The position numbers and the translations under genes are program-made. A DNA stretch of 64,000 bases from Actinomycetota bacterium (GTDB taxonomy: Bacteria > Actinomycetota > Geothermincolia > Geothermincolales > RBG-13-55-18): contig QZKE01000006.1 of NCBI GenBank assembly GCA_003598015.1, positions 3,188 through 67,187 of the forward strand. The letters run 5' to 3'. Positions 27,397-37,195 of this stretch are shown here, piece by piece. Position 1 is the stretch's first letter. Every line of letters starts with the position of its first letter. Below the pieces are notes generated by a model that was not told where the DNA came from, made no database searches, and was given only the letters and a program-made list of their open reading frames with translations.

Positions 27397-27423
27397 TTGG
27401 CACTCCTGGTTCCAGAGTGTTAT
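27397..27423. promoter_or_regulatory. CIRCE-like inverted repeat (imperfect) upstream of groES
   Basis: TTGGCACTC-N9-GAGTGTTAT. Confidence 0.6.
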
Positions 27424-27442
27424 CACTCGCCGGTTTTGACTG

Positions 27443-27469
27443 TTAGCACTCCGGGTGTGAGAGTGCTAA
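27443..27469. promoter_or_regulatory. Perfect CIRCE (HrcA operator) upstream of groES
   Basis: TTAGCACTC-N9-GAGTGCTAA, an exact match to the consensus. Confidence 0.9.
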
Positions 27470-27601
27470 TTAAAAGAATAATACAGGTCGAGGAAAAAAT
27501 CAAGGGGTCGGGATGAGAATCATATATACGCATTATGCGAGACATATTCCGGGATCTGGGACCATGTGCAAATCCCGTTATCTTACTAGTAAGATAGTAT
27601 T

Positions 27602-28453
27602 GTGATGGCTGCTTATTTGGGACAAAAGGGCAAGGGAATGGATCGTCTCGCTCCCGTGAAGGAGTGGGCGCAGTCTATAAGCAGGTATCTTTTCTCGCAT
27701 CACTCCGACTCGCCGAATAGCCGGGGATCTGACGAGAAGGCTCTCCGGGATCCCCAAGAAGTACTATACGTGTATTGGAGGAGAAAAACAGCTCTGCTTC
27801 TGCTCTCTCTCTTCTCCAGTATTGTAGCGGCGATATTCGTTATCAATTTCTTGTACAATTCCGCGATACTGCACATATCACTGGTTATTTTACTGCTGCT
27901 TTTGTCAGCATTCACATACAATATCATCTTCTATAAGGAACTCTTATGCATACTGGATGAAAGAGGGATTGTCTGCGCAGGTTCCCCAGACTTCGTCATA
28001 CCGTGGAAAGAGATCGAGTTTGTTGTGCCCGTTTTCAGAAGACCGGCTTTTATAACCTACAATGAGGGCGGGATGGAACATAGGGTGAGGCTGTGGAAGG
28101 AACGAAGTTGCCTGCTTATAAACACCTTTAATCCCGGTGCGATACTAGGTGATTATTACGCCGCTCTCTCAGCTCAGAGTTCTCTCAGGAAACGTCGCAG
28201 AATACAGGCCCTTGTTATGCCGGTTGAGTATGAATCCGACTTTGAACTCCCTGCGAAGTTCGATTATATAGAAGGCCTGCGTTGGAGCTGGTTCGCTTCC
28301 CGGGACAGGCTGGTGATCACCGAGCAGGATGCGACTTTTGTGATCTTTGAAAGACCGCATAGGTTTGCTTTCTGCGTTCTTCCCATTGAAGAGATGTTGG
28401 CCTCAATAGAGCTGCGTGGCGTTTCTGTCAGGTCATGGGATTACGAACTTTAA
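27602..28453 (+). CDS. Hypothetical two-TM membrane protein on the opposite strand, in a low-GC patch
   Basis: 283-aa ORF. Two adjacent hydrophobic helices (ALLLLSLFSSIVAAIFVINFLY; ILHISLVILLLLLSAFTYNIIFY) followed by a soluble domain. No motif recognised. The start could be 27605 or 27638. Confidence 0.6.
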   Translation: MMAAYLGQKGKGMDRLAPVKEWAQSISRYLFSHHSDSPNSRGSDEKALRDPQEVLYVYWRRKTALLLLSLFSSIVAAIFVINFLYNSAILHISLVILLLLLSAFTYNIIFYKELLCILDERGIVCAGSPDFVIPWKEIEFVVPVFRRPAFITYNEGGMEHRVRLWKERSCLLINTFNPGAILGDYYAALSAQSSLRKRRRIQALVMPVEYESDFELPAKFDYIEGLRWSWFASRDRLVITEQDATFVIFERPHRFAFCVLPIEEMLASIELRGVSVRSWDYEL

Positions 28454-28482
28454 GCGAGGTTCCCGTAACATTCGCTCAGCCA

Positions 28483-29544
28483 TCACACTGCTGATGAAGG
28501 AAGGCTATTGGTTGATCCCAGGGGAAGGATGGCGGCGGCGTCTACGTCCAGAGGAGATATGTCTCCATCCCTCAGCATACGCCACCCCAGAGAAGCGATC
28601 ATGGCAGCGTTGTCGGCACATAACTCCAGGGTGGGGTAGTAGAGCTCTATCCCCTCACCCTGGAGCGCTTCCTCCAGCCTCTCCCGCAGGTAGCGGTTGG
28701 CGGCCACCCCTCCTGCCAGGACTACGCGGCTCACGCCGGTCTCCCGGGCGGCCCTGGTTATCTTGCTCACCTGTACGTCAACCACCGCTGCCTGGAAGGA
28801 GGCCGCTATATCCTCCACGGGTATCTCCTCACCCCGCTCGCGCGCTTTCCTCACGAAATTGATCACCGCCGTTTTCAGCCCGGACAGGGAGAAATTGTAG
28901 CTGCCGTCGTGCATCATGGCCCGCGGGAACGCCACTGCCCGGGGGTCGCCCTGGCATGAGATACGGTCTATCACCGGCCCGCCCGGATAGCCCAATCCCA
29001 GGAACCTGGCCACTTTGTCGTAGGCCTCCCCCGCCGCGTCATCCACGGTTTCACCCAGGACGCGGTAGGTGCGGTGGGCGGGCATGTGCGCAAGCAGGGT
29101 GTGGCCACCCGAAACGACGAAGGCTACCAGGGGCGGCTCGAGCCCGGGGAAGCTCAGGAAGTTCGCATAGATATGGGCCTCTAGGTGGTTGACGGCGAGC
29201 AGGGGTATAGCGAGGGCGAAGGAGACAGCCTTGGCGGCGGTCAACCCTACCAGCAAGGCTCCGATCAATCCCGGACCGCGCGTAACCGCCACGCCGTCCA
29301 GGTCTGGATATCCCACGCCGGCTTCCCGCAACGCCTCTGCGATGGCGGGGAGCAAGGCTTCGAGATGAGCCCTGCTGGCCAGTTCGGGCACTACGCCCCC
29401 GTAGCTGGCATGCAGGTCGGCCTGGGACGATATGATCAGCGACAGCACCTCCCCGCCGCCGCGTACCACGGCCGTAGAGGTCTCGTCGCACGAGGTCTCT
29501 ATGCCGAGGATCAACCCGTTCTTATCAGTGGCCGGCATCTCCAT
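28483..29544 (-). CDS. tsaD: tRNA N6-adenosine threonylcarbamoyltransferase TsaD
   Basis: 353 aa. LILGIETSCDETS, GVAANRYLRE. Kae1/Gcp family. Confidence 0.95.
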   Translation of the reverse strand: MEMPATDKNGLILGIETSCDETSTAVVRGGGEVLSLIISSQADLHASYGGVVPELASRAHLEALLPAIAEALREAGVGYPDLDGVAVTRGPGLIGALLVGLTAAKAVSFALAIPLLAVNHLEAHIYANFLSFPGLEPPLVAFVVSGGHTLLAHMPAHRTYRVLGETVDDAAGEAYDKVARFLGLGYPGGPVIDRISCQGDPRAVAFPRAMMHDGSYNFSLSGLKTAVINFVRKARERGEEIPVEDIAASFQAAVVDVQVSKITRAARETGVSRVVLAGGVAANRYLRERLEEALQGEGIELYYPTLELCADNAAMIASLGWRMLRDGDISPLDVDAAAILPLGSTNSLPSSAV

Positions 29545-30028
29545 ACCTCTTCCACAAGTCGTCCAGGATGCAGCGATACTCGTTGGTGGTGATATCCTCC
29601 GTCCACATGATCAGTGCGTTCTCCATGTTGTCCAGGTAATAGTGCTTACGTTCCCCCATGATCTGAAATCCGAACCTGGCATACAGCTCGATGGCGGCCC
29701 GGTTGGATCTTCTCACTTCCAGCGTGAAGAAGCGCGCTCCCATCCCCTCCGCGCTGCGGATGAGCTCCAGGAGCAGCCTGGCTCCCAAGCCCCGCCGGCG
29801 CAGGTCTTCCAGCACCGCCAGGGTCATTACGTGGGCCTCGTCCAGGATCAGTAGCGCCCCTCCATATGCGACCAGCCTCCCATCCGACCTGGCCGTCAGG
29901 TAGCATCCCTCCCATTTCTCCAGCTCGTGCAGGTACATGCCGCGCGTCCAGGGGTTGGTGAAGGAGACCCTTTCCAGTTCCATGATCTCGTCCAGATCAT
30001 CCCTGACCATGCGCTTGATGCTCAGCAC
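29525..30028 (-). CDS. rimI: Ribosomal-protein-alanine N-acetyltransferase RimI (GNAT)
   Basis: 167 aa GNAT fold (RRRGLGARLL). Overlaps tsaD and tsaB in the conserved operon position. Confidence 0.85.
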   Translation of the reverse strand: MLSIKRMVRDDLDEIMELERVSFTNPWTRGMYLHELEKWEGCYLTARSDGRLVAYGGALLILDEAHVMTLAVLEDLRRRGLGARLLLELIRSAEGMGARFFTLEVRRSNRAAIELYARFGFQIMGERKHYYLDNMENALIMWTEDITTNEYRCILDDLWKRYGDAGH

Positions 30029-30738
30029 GAGGATCCCCTCTCATGGCCTCCGTATCTCCACAGGGCATCGGGGCGTCTCAGGTAGAGGGGCAGGAGATGA
30101 ACGGGGTCGATACACTCGCCTCTGGCGGCGGCGAGCCGGCAAAGCCGCGCCAGTCCCTCCGGCTCCGGCCATTCCCCGCTTTCTACCTCCATGCCCACGG
30201 GCCAGGCACGGGGATAAGCGTCGATACCGTTTCCCACCCCGATGATCCCGGCGCCCTCGCGCTCCAGCCAGCTGGAGAGCGCCGTGGCTGCCGCCTCGGG
30301 CGGGGCCACACACGGCTCCATCAGTGCCGCGGGATATCCGCCATCGAGACGGTAGAGGGCGTAGTACACCTCTCCCCTCCTGGCATCCACTGCGACGAAC
30401 ACCGCCTTTTTCTCGTCGCCGGCTCCTGCCGCCGTGACCATCAGGCTGTCGGGAGCAACCAGGGGCAGGTCGAGCACCGCCGTGGTGATCTTAGCCGCGG
30501 TCACCGCCACCCGCACCCCGGTAAAAGAACCGGGGCCCCTTCCCACCCCCATCAATCCCAGTTCACCGGGGCTCGTGCCCGCTTCGGACATGATCTCGCC
30601 GGCCGCTACGAAGAGCTGCGACACTCGCGAATCGCCCGCGATCTCGCGATGGTAGGTTCCCCCTGGTCCGGCGAGGACGAGGATTCCGCGCGGTGTCGCG
30701 AGGTCCATGGCCAGTAACCATGTATCATCTCGATACAT
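30022..30738 (-). CDS. tsaB: tRNA threonylcarbamoyladenosine biosynthesis protein TsaB
   Basis: The track ORF extends to 30852. ATG at 30738 is preferred because GGGGAG lies 5 nt upstream and the N-terminal 38 codons are Arg/Cys-rich overlap with tsaE. Motif LAMDLATPRG...GRGPGSFTGVRV. Confidence 0.85.
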   Translation of the reverse strand: MYRDDTWLLAMDLATPRGILVLAGPGGTYHREIAGDSRVSQLFVAAGEIMSEAGTSPGELGLMGVGRGPGSFTGVRVAVTAAKITTAVLDLPLVAPDSLMVTAAGAGDEKKAVFVAVDARRGEVYYALYRLDGGYPAALMEPCVAPPEAAATALSSWLEREGAGIIGVGNGIDAYPRAWPVGMEVESGEWPEPEGLARLCRLAAARGECIDPVHLLPLYLRRPDALWRYGGHERGSSC

Positions 30739-31228
30739 GTCTCTCCCCTTCAAACGGCATCCCCGGCAGGCGGTCTTCCCACTTGCCTCCTCGCGGCAGG
30801 AAGTGGAGGCAGCGCTCCTCATCGCCGCCGGCGAAGTCGAACCTGACTTCAAGATATCCCGGGGGAAAGAAATCGCGCACGCGGTCGCCCCACTCCACTA
30901 GCAGGACTCCCTCACCATCCAGATATTCATCAACTCCGATAGCGTAGAGGTCCGACGCGTCCTGCAAGCGATAAGCGTCGAGGTGGTAGAGGGGCAGCCT
31001 GCCGCAGTATTCACGCATGAGAGTGAAAGTGGGGCTGGTCACGTGCTCGCCGACTCCCATCCCGCGCGCGATGCCCTGTACGAAGCAGGTCTTGCCCGCT
31101 CCCAGCTCACCGACGAGCAGAACCACGTCCCCGGGGCGCAGCAACTCCGCAAGCGCGAGCCCCAGTCCGAACGTCTCCTCAGCGCATTCCGTCCTGAAAG
31201 ATCCGCCTCCCGCCATATCTTCGCTCAA
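30725..31228 (-). CDS. tsaE: tRNA threonylcarbamoyladenosine biosynthesis ATPase TsaE
   Basis: 167 aa. Walker A GELGAGKT, SPTFTL, HLDAYRL. Confidence 0.92.
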   Translation of the reverse strand: MSEDMAGGGSFRTECAEETFGLGLALAELLRPGDVVLLVGELGAGKTCFVQGIARGMGVGEHVTSPTFTLMREYCGRLPLYHLDAYRLQDASDLYAIGVDEYLDGEGVLLVEWGDRVRDFFPPGYLEVRFDFAGGDEERCLHFLPRGGKWEDRLPGMPFEGERHVSR

Positions 31229-31423
31229 GACACACTTCCTCCGTCGCCGGCCACTCCGTCCCTACCATCTTAATCGAATCCCGTGCTCGACAAGAAGCGC
31301 GCAAGGGCTCCGTGAGAGGTTGACTGCACTCGCCTCCCACGACAGTCCTCCCCGTTCCAGGATAATCAGGAACCCGCTCGATCTCGTAACCGACGAGAAG
31401 CGTGTAAGGGCTTGGGGTGGTTG

Positions 31424-32080
31424 TCAGAAGAGACCCATCTGTTCTGGTTCGGCTTCGGCCTCTGTCGTTGTCTCCATGCCCGCCTCCCCTTCTTCCTCCC
31501 AGCGCACCTTTTCCGAAGCGAGATGCTCCTGCAGCCTCTGAAAATCCTCTATGAGGGTGCTCTTTAGGGGCGGTTTATGCAGCGCGGCCGCGGGGTGGAA
31601 GAGCGGAACGTAGGCGAGTCCGCCCTTGCGGATCAGTTTGCCACGCAACTGGGTTATTCCGGTGGTGGTGGAAAGCAGCGTCTTAGTGGCATGGTTGCCG
31701 AGGGTGCAGATGATGCGCGGCTTGATGATGTCGATCTGTTTGAACAGGTATGGGGTGCATGTCTCCAACTCCTGCGGCTGGGGATCGCGGTTATCGGGCG
31801 GGCGGCACTTGAGGGTGTTGGCGATATAGACCTGGGAGCGCTGCAGGCCGATGGAGGCCAGGAGCTGGTCGAGGAATTGCCCCGCCGGTCCTACGAAGGG
31901 GATACCCTGCTTGTCCTCGTGGAAACCGGGGGCCTCCCCCACGAACATGATCTCCGCGTTTTCGTCCCCCGTACCCAGGACGAGATTCGTGCGGGTTTCG
32001 CCCAAACGGCAGCGGCGGCAGTCTTTTATGGCCTCAAAGAGCTCGCCTATGCTGGCGGCATCTTCCCATGCCTCAGCCAT
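31424..32080 (-). CDS. Family-4 uracil-DNA glycosylase with acidic C-terminal tail
   Basis: CRRCRL...GEAPGxxED...GxPFVGxAG...LKCRPP motifs. ATG at 32080 is preferred because AGGGGA lies 4 nt upstream and it starts 8 nt after the upstream gene's stop. The track start is 32134. Confidence 0.85.
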   Translation of the reverse strand: MAEAWEDAASIGELFEAIKDCRRCRLGETRTNLVLGTGDENAEIMFVGEAPGFHEDKQGIPFVGPAGQFLDQLLASIGLQRSQVYIANTLKCRPPDNRDPQPQELETCTPYLFKQIDIIKPRIICTLGNHATKTLLSTTTGITQLRGKLIRKGGLAYVPLFHPAAALHKPPLKSTLIEDFQRLQEHLASEKVRWEEEGEAGMETTTEAEAEPEQMGLF

Positions 32081-32088
32081 CGTATCCC

Positions 32089-32325
32089 CTAGTTGGAACA
32101 CCCGGTACAGCTCGATGCGGTACAAGAACCGCATGCCGAAGAGCCGGCCGAGGAATGGAAATCACCTGACGCTGCGGACCCGCTCTTGAAGCCGAACACG
32201 GAGAGGAGTTTTCTTATCTTCTTCTTGCCGCATGCGGCGCAGCATTCGGCCTCATCGCCCATACTGCGGGCGAAATACTCGAACTTCTCCCCGCAGTCCT
32301 CACACCTGTATTCGTAAAAGGGCAT
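32089..32325 (-). CDS. FmdB-family CxxC-CxxC zinc-ribbon protein
   Basis: MPFYEYRCEDCG...CCAACG. ATG at 32325 with AAGGAAGG upstream. The track start is 32382. Confidence 0.8.
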   Translation of the reverse strand: MPFYEYRCEDCGEKFEYFARSMGDEAECCAACGKKKIRKLLSVFGFKSGSAASGDFHSSAGSSACGSCTASSCTGCSN

Positions 32326-32568
32326 TGTTTCGCACCTTCCTTTCCTCAACTTCATTTTAAACACAAGGAGCGTGGCGGGCAACGAAATGCCTCAGGTGCG
32401 GGATCGGGAGGCCTAAAACAACCTCGTGTCGCTGCCTTGCATAGCGGGAGAACGCGGCGCACCGCTACGGTCTCTGCCTATCCGCATGCGTCGTTGTTGC
32501 GCGGGCAACCTGTTTATGACAATGTTTCATAGATAAGACCATGGAGGGGCGTCATCAGCAGGTGGTGC

Positions 32569-35500
32569 ATGGAAAACGGTGCGATTCTGCTAAGTGAAGA
32601 GCGGCCCAGAAGGATATGGCCCTTGCTGGTCATCGCCATCGTCATCGCGTTCTATTTCCACTCCATACTCTTCCTGAGCAAGGTGCCGTATGTATCCGAC
32701 CTCAAGACCTACTACTATCCCGGCTGGACCTATTTCTCCCAGGCTTTCCGTAACGGAGGACCGTCATTCTGGTGCTCGGGCATATATTGCGGATTCCCCC
32801 TCTTCGCGGACAGCGAGATGGGGCTCTTCTATCCCTTGAACCTCCTGCTCTTCCCCCTGCCGGCCACGATGGGGTTCAACTATTCCATAGTCCTCCACTA
32901 CCTGTTGGGAGGATGCTTCACCTTCATCTACTGCCGCCGGCTGCGTATTAGCCGTCCCGCTGCCCTGTTCGTTTCCATTCCCTTCGTGCTGGGAGGTTTC
33001 TTCCTCGCCCACATGGTCCATCCCAACGCCGTGGCCACGGCGGCCTGGATGCCCCTGTTCCTCTATTTCCTGGAGAGAGCACTCTCCGAGGGGAGGCTTT
33101 CCTTCTACGTCGCGGCTGGAGGGGTGCTCGGCCTGCAGTCGCTTTCCGGCTTTATCATGGTTCCCCTCATAGAGGTGGTTATCGCCTTTTTCTACGTGCT
33201 CTTCTACCCGGCCGCACAAGGGGAGAGCAGGCGCCGGCGCATCCTCCAGGCTTTGGGCGGGCTGGCCATCACCGCGGGGTTGGGAGCCGGCCTGAGCATG
33301 ATCCAGAACCTGCCCACCTATAACCTGGTGCAGAGTTCCTATCGCGCCGGCGGTCTATCCGGGCGCATCTCCGACGTGGGGAGCCTGCCACCCGCCCAGC
33401 TGGCGGGGCTGGCCTTCCCCCGCCTCTTCGGAAAAGGGGGGGCGCAGGGGAATTACCTCGGAGCATGGACATTCGAGGAGGCATATGCGTATATCGGCAT
33501 ACTACCCCTGCTTTTCGCCCCGGCCGCATTGTACAAACCGCGGCGCTGGCATGCGGTGTTTTTCCTCTGCCTGGGGGCGGCCTCGCTACTGCTCATCCTG
33601 GGCGATCGCGGGCTGCTGTGGCCGCTGCTGCGCCTGCTGCCCGGGTTCAACGTGCTCAAGGGCGCGAGCAGGTTCCTGCTGACCTTCAACCTGTCCGCGC
33701 TGCTGCTCGGAGGCATGGGCTTCGAGCGCTGGCGTAATGGCGATCTGTCTGAGCGCATGCGCTCCCGCCTCGTGCGTTTCTGGGTTATTGCGGCCGCCGT
33801 AACAACCACCATCATCGCACTCTTCGTGCTCCTCTACCGCTTCAACCCGCTGGGCTTCAGGGACCTGGCATCGGCCGCGGCACGTCCCTTCCTCGCGGGG
33901 ATCAAACTCGAGCCGCAGGCGGTGGTCGACGGCATCTACGCTTTCTTCACCTCGCTCCGCCTCGATCTCCTGATACCGCTGGTGACCCTCGGGCTCTTCC
34001 TCCTGATCATCCGCAACGGCCGGGGGCAGCGCAGGCCTAACCGGCTCAAAGTGGGCCTGGCGGTGATCATCGCCGTTGCCGACGTACTCATCGTCGCCAG
34101 CCTCATCCTGCATCCGGTGCCCCGCTCCAAGGTCGAATATCGGCCGGAAGTGGTGAATGTGCTCGACGAGGCTTCCGGGGGCGCAAGGGTAGCGCTCGTC
34201 AAGGAGCCGGGCGTCAACCGCGGGGATTTCTCCCTTTCTTCAAACCAGTTGCTTCCCTACGGACTCGAGGATGCCTATGGATTCTCCACCATACCGCCGG
34301 CTCGCCTTGATCGCTTCCTGGGACTTCTCAACGCCTCCACCTCGACGTCCGCGATGAAGCTTCTCGATATTGGTTTATCCTTCAGCAACCTGGTCCGTAT
34401 AAAGGGCGTGCCCTATAACCTGTCGACGCCTTTCTCCATTCCCGGCGGCCTCGGCGCCAACCGCTATATGTGTCCGCAGGAAACCAAGGGCAAGGAACTG
34501 CGTTTCCTCCTGGACGGCGAGATACTGGAAACGGAGGAATCGGGCCGCCTCTACATCAAGCTCAACTCCATCAGTCGCGGACAGATACGTACCCATCCCG
34601 TCCTGCTCCTCGAGAAGGACGCCGGGGCCGGCGAGTACCTGCTCGAGGTGATAAACGGCGAGCAGGCTGCCACCTTCAAGGTCATAAGCTTCAAGTCACC
34701 CGGCTATGGAGGGGGGCGTACCGCGCTGGAGGTCAGGGTGCCCCTGGACAGACTGGGTGAGGCGGATGAGATAATCGCCACCACGTTGAGCGACCGCAAT
34801 CTCGAGGGAACGCGCCTCCTGGCCTTGACCCTCATCGACGAAGACGGCAGGGGTGTCCCGCTCGGGCCATGGCCGGTAATCTACTCGGACGGCAGATACG
34901 CGGTTTACGAGTTGCCGGACGCGCTACCCCGTGCCTTCACGGCCTGGGACGTCATGTGGACTGAAGACTGGAGACAAGCCGTCGATCTGACCTGGAACGA
35001 AGGCATCCTCCCCGAGGAGATAGTCCTCGCGGAAGATGAGGTCGATGCTACCCTGCGCGCGGCCATCTCTTCCCTCGGCCCGCCGGAACATACGACGCAT
35101 ATCGAGATAGTTGAGGAAGACGGAGGGCACATGCGGCTGCATACCTCGGGCGAGGACGATACCATCCTGGTCATCAACGTGGATTATCTCCCCGGATGGA
35201 AAGCCCGCGTAGACGGGGCGGAGACACCCCTCTTCTCGGCCTACGGCTTTCTCCATGCTCTCTATCTTCCCGCGGGAGAGCACGAGGTAGAGCTGGATTA
35301 CCGGTCTCCAGGTCTTGCGGCCGGTATCCCCATCACGGCCGCATCACTCGCCCTTATGCTGCTCCTTCTCGTCATTTTCAGGAGAAGGGAAGCGGCTGCG
35401 GCAAAGGCCGGGGGTGATGGCGAGCGGACTATACCACCACCCGATCCCGGGGGGATCAGCGCCTTCTTCCCCTGCTACAACGATTCCGCCACCCTGCAGG

Positions 35501-36147
35501 GCCTCATCGAAAAAGCCCTGGAGGTCCTGGGCGACCTCGCCGGGGACTTCGAGGTGATCATCGTCGATGACGGCAGCTCGGACACCTCGGGCGCGGTTAT
35601 CGATTCCCTTGCCGCGAGGTACGACAGGGTGCGGGTAGTCCGTCACGACCACAACCGCGGGTACGGGGCGGCGTTGCGCAGCGGCATCAAGACCTCCACC
35701 AAGGACTGGGTCTTCTATACGGATAGCGACGGTCAGTACGACGTAGAGGACCTTCGCCGCCTCCACGCCTATAGCGGCGCCGTCGACGTGGTCAACGGCT
35801 ACAAGCAGAACCGCAGCGACCCCTGGTATCGCATAGTGCTCGGCTCGGCTTACAACGCGGTCATCAGGCTTATTTTCGCCATCCCCATCCGCGATACGGA
35901 CTGTGATTTCCGCCTTATGCGCGGAGATATCGTGCGCGGCCTGGACCTGCGCTCGGAGGGGGGCGCCATCTGCGTGGAGATGGTCAAGGGGTTGCAGGCA
36001 AGCGGCGCCCGTTTCGCGGAGATGCCCGTGGGGCACTTCCCCCGCGAAGTAGGTAAAAGCCAGTTCTTCCACGTAAAAAATCTGGTTGTAATGGGTGGAG
36101 AACTTGCGTCATTATGGTGGAGGTTATTGAAACAAGGCGAGGTATAA
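32569..36147 (+). CDS. Fusion protein: YfhO-like polytopic GT-C membrane glycosyltransferase (about aa 1-915) plus cytoplasmic GT2 polyprenyl-phosphate glycosyltransferase domain (about aa 930-1192)
   Basis: 1192 aa. More than 10 N-terminal TM helices with an acidic first loop. About 370-aa extracytoplasmic domain. One late TM (GIPITAASLALMLLLLVIF). Then a GT2 signature: ISAFFPCYND...VIIVDDGSSD...YTDSDGQYD. Confidence 0.75.
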   Translation: MENGAILLSEERPRRIWPLLVIAIVIAFYFHSILFLSKVPYVSDLKTYYYPGWTYFSQAFRNGGPSFWCSGIYCGFPLFADSEMGLFYPLNLLLFPLPATMGFNYSIVLHYLLGGCFTFIYCRRLRISRPAALFVSIPFVLGGFFLAHMVHPNAVATAAWMPLFLYFLERALSEGRLSFYVAAGGVLGLQSLSGFIMVPLIEVVIAFFYVLFYPAAQGESRRRRILQALGGLAITAGLGAGLSMIQNLPTYNLVQSSYRAGGLSGRISDVGSLPPAQLAGLAFPRLFGKGGAQGNYLGAWTFEEAYAYIGILPLLFAPAALYKPRRWHAVFFLCLGAASLLLILGDRGLLWPLLRLLPGFNVLKGASRFLLTFNLSALLLGGMGFERWRNGDLSERMRSRLVRFWVIAAAVTTTIIALFVLLYRFNPLGFRDLASAAARPFLAGIKLEPQAVVDGIYAFFTSLRLDLLIPLVTLGLFLLIIRNGRGQRRPNRLKVGLAVIIAVADVLIVASLILHPVPRSKVEYRPEVVNVLDEASGGARVALVKEPGVNRGDFSLSSNQLLPYGLEDAYGFSTIPPARLDRFLGLLNASTSTSAMKLLDIGLSFSNLVRIKGVPYNLSTPFSIPGGLGANRYMCPQETKGKELRFLLDGEILETEESGRLYIKLNSISRGQIRTHPVLLLEKDAGAGEYLLEVINGEQAATFKVISFKSPGYGGGRTALEVRVPLDRLGEADEIIATTLSDRNLEGTRLLALTLIDEDGRGVPLGPWPVIYSDGRYAVYELPDALPRAFTAWDVMWTEDWRQAVDLTWNEGILPEEIVLAEDEVDATLRAAISSLGPPEHTTHIEIVEEDGGHMRLHTSGEDDTILVINVDYLPGWKARVDGAETPLFSAYGFLHALYLPAGEHEVELDYRSPGLAAGIPITAASLALMLLLLVIFRRREAAAAKAGGDGERTIPPPDPGGISAFFPCYNDSATLQGLIEKALEVLGDLAGDFEVIIVDDGSSDTSGAVIDSLAARYDRVRVVRHDHNRGYGAALRSGIKTSTKDWVFYTDSDGQYDVEDLRRLHAYSGAVDVVNGYKQNRSDPWYRIVLGSAYNAVIRLIFAIPIRDTDCDFRLMRGDIVRGLDLRSEGGAICVEMVKGLQASGARFAEMPVGHFPREVGKSQFFHVKNLVVMGGELASLWWRLLKQGEV

Positions 36148-36148
36148 C

Positions 36149-37195
36149 ATGCAGGAGAAGGTAGAACCCGGGGAATACTATCATGGCAAAAGGGTCCTGG
36201 TAACCGGTGGGTTGGGTTTTATCGGCAGCAATCTCGTGCGCCGCCTGGCAGGCCTGGGCGCCAGCATCACGGTGATCGACGCCTGCTTCCCCGACCAGGG
36301 CGCCAATCTCTTCAATCTCAAGGACGTCCTCGACGAACTCGTGCTCGTGGTTGCGGATATAGGCTCGGTGGACGAGATCTCTGCTTTCATCGTGGACCAG
36401 GAGATAATCTTCAACCTCGCCTCCTGCGTCAGCCATATCGATTCTCTGCGCAACCCCTTGCGGGACCTGGAGCGTAACTGCCTGAGTCAGCTCCGTTTTC
36501 TGAACTGCCTCACCGAACTCAGCCCGTGCGCGCGCATAATCTATACGGGCTCGCGCAGCCAGTACGGAAATCCTGTCTACGTCCCCATCGACGAGGACCA
36601 TCCTCTCAGACCCCTGGACATCAACGGCGTACACAAGACGGCGGCCGAGGAATATCACCGCATCTTCCACGAGCAGGGAAATATACGCTATACCTCCCTG
36701 CGGCTGACCAACATCTACGGCCCGCGCCACCAGATGCACCATGACGGCCAGGGCTTCCTCAACTGGTTTATCCGCCAGGGACTCACCGGCCAGGAGATAT
36801 GCGTCTACGGGGGCGGGGAGCAGGAGCGCGATTTCCTCTACGTCGAGGACGTGGTCGACGCCCTGCTGCGCGTGGCTCCGGATGAGCGCTGCGAGGGTCG
36901 GGTGTTCAACGTCGTCTCGGGCATCCCCATCACCGTTGCCCAGGCCGCCGCCGCCATCTGCGATATCACTGACAACAGCTGGCGTTGCGTGGCGTACCCG
37001 CCCGAGCGCAGCGCGGTGGAGCCGGGCAATATACGCCTTGACGGATCCCGCCTGCAGGTACTGACGGGCTGGATGCCCCGCTACGGCCTGCAGGCGGGTT
37101 TGCGGGAAACCGTCGACTTCTACCGTCAACACGGTCACCGCTATTTCCACGGCCCCAAAGGCAACCTGGTTTTGAGCGACAAGGGGATGGAGTGA
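36149..37195 (+). CDS. NAD-dependent sugar epimerase/dehydratase (extended SDR)
   Basis: VLVTGGLGFIGSNL Rossmann motif. GSRSQYG. The active-site position reads NGVHK where YxxxK is expected. Confidence 0.85.
   Translation: MQEKVEPGEYYHGKRVLVTGGLGFIGSNLVRRLAGLGASITVIDACFPDQGANLFNLKDVLDELVLVVADIGSVDEISAFIVDQEIIFNLASCVSHIDSLRNPLRDLERNCLSQLRFLNCLTELSPCARIIYTGSRSQYGNPVYVPIDEDHPLRPLDINGVHKTAAEEYHRIFHEQGNIRYTSLRLTNIYGPRHQMHHDGQGFLNWFIRQGLTGQEICVYGGGEQERDFLYVEDVVDALLRVAPDERCEGRVFNVVSGIPITVAQAAAAICDITDNSWRCVAYPPERSAVEPGNIRLDGSRLQVLTGWMPRYGLQAGLRETVDFYRQHGHRYFHGPKGNLVLSDKGME

Noticed and set aside
30739-30852. N-terminal extensions of track ORFs: tsaB, UDG to 32134, FmdB to 32382, peptidase to 39895, nnr to 47658, FtsX permease to 54594, PGI/PMI to 58182, PMM from 58205
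   Set aside because: The extensions are Arg/Gly/Ser-rich and overlap upstream genes. They precede internal ATG/GTG codons that have good Shine-Dalgarno spacing and family-typical N-termini.
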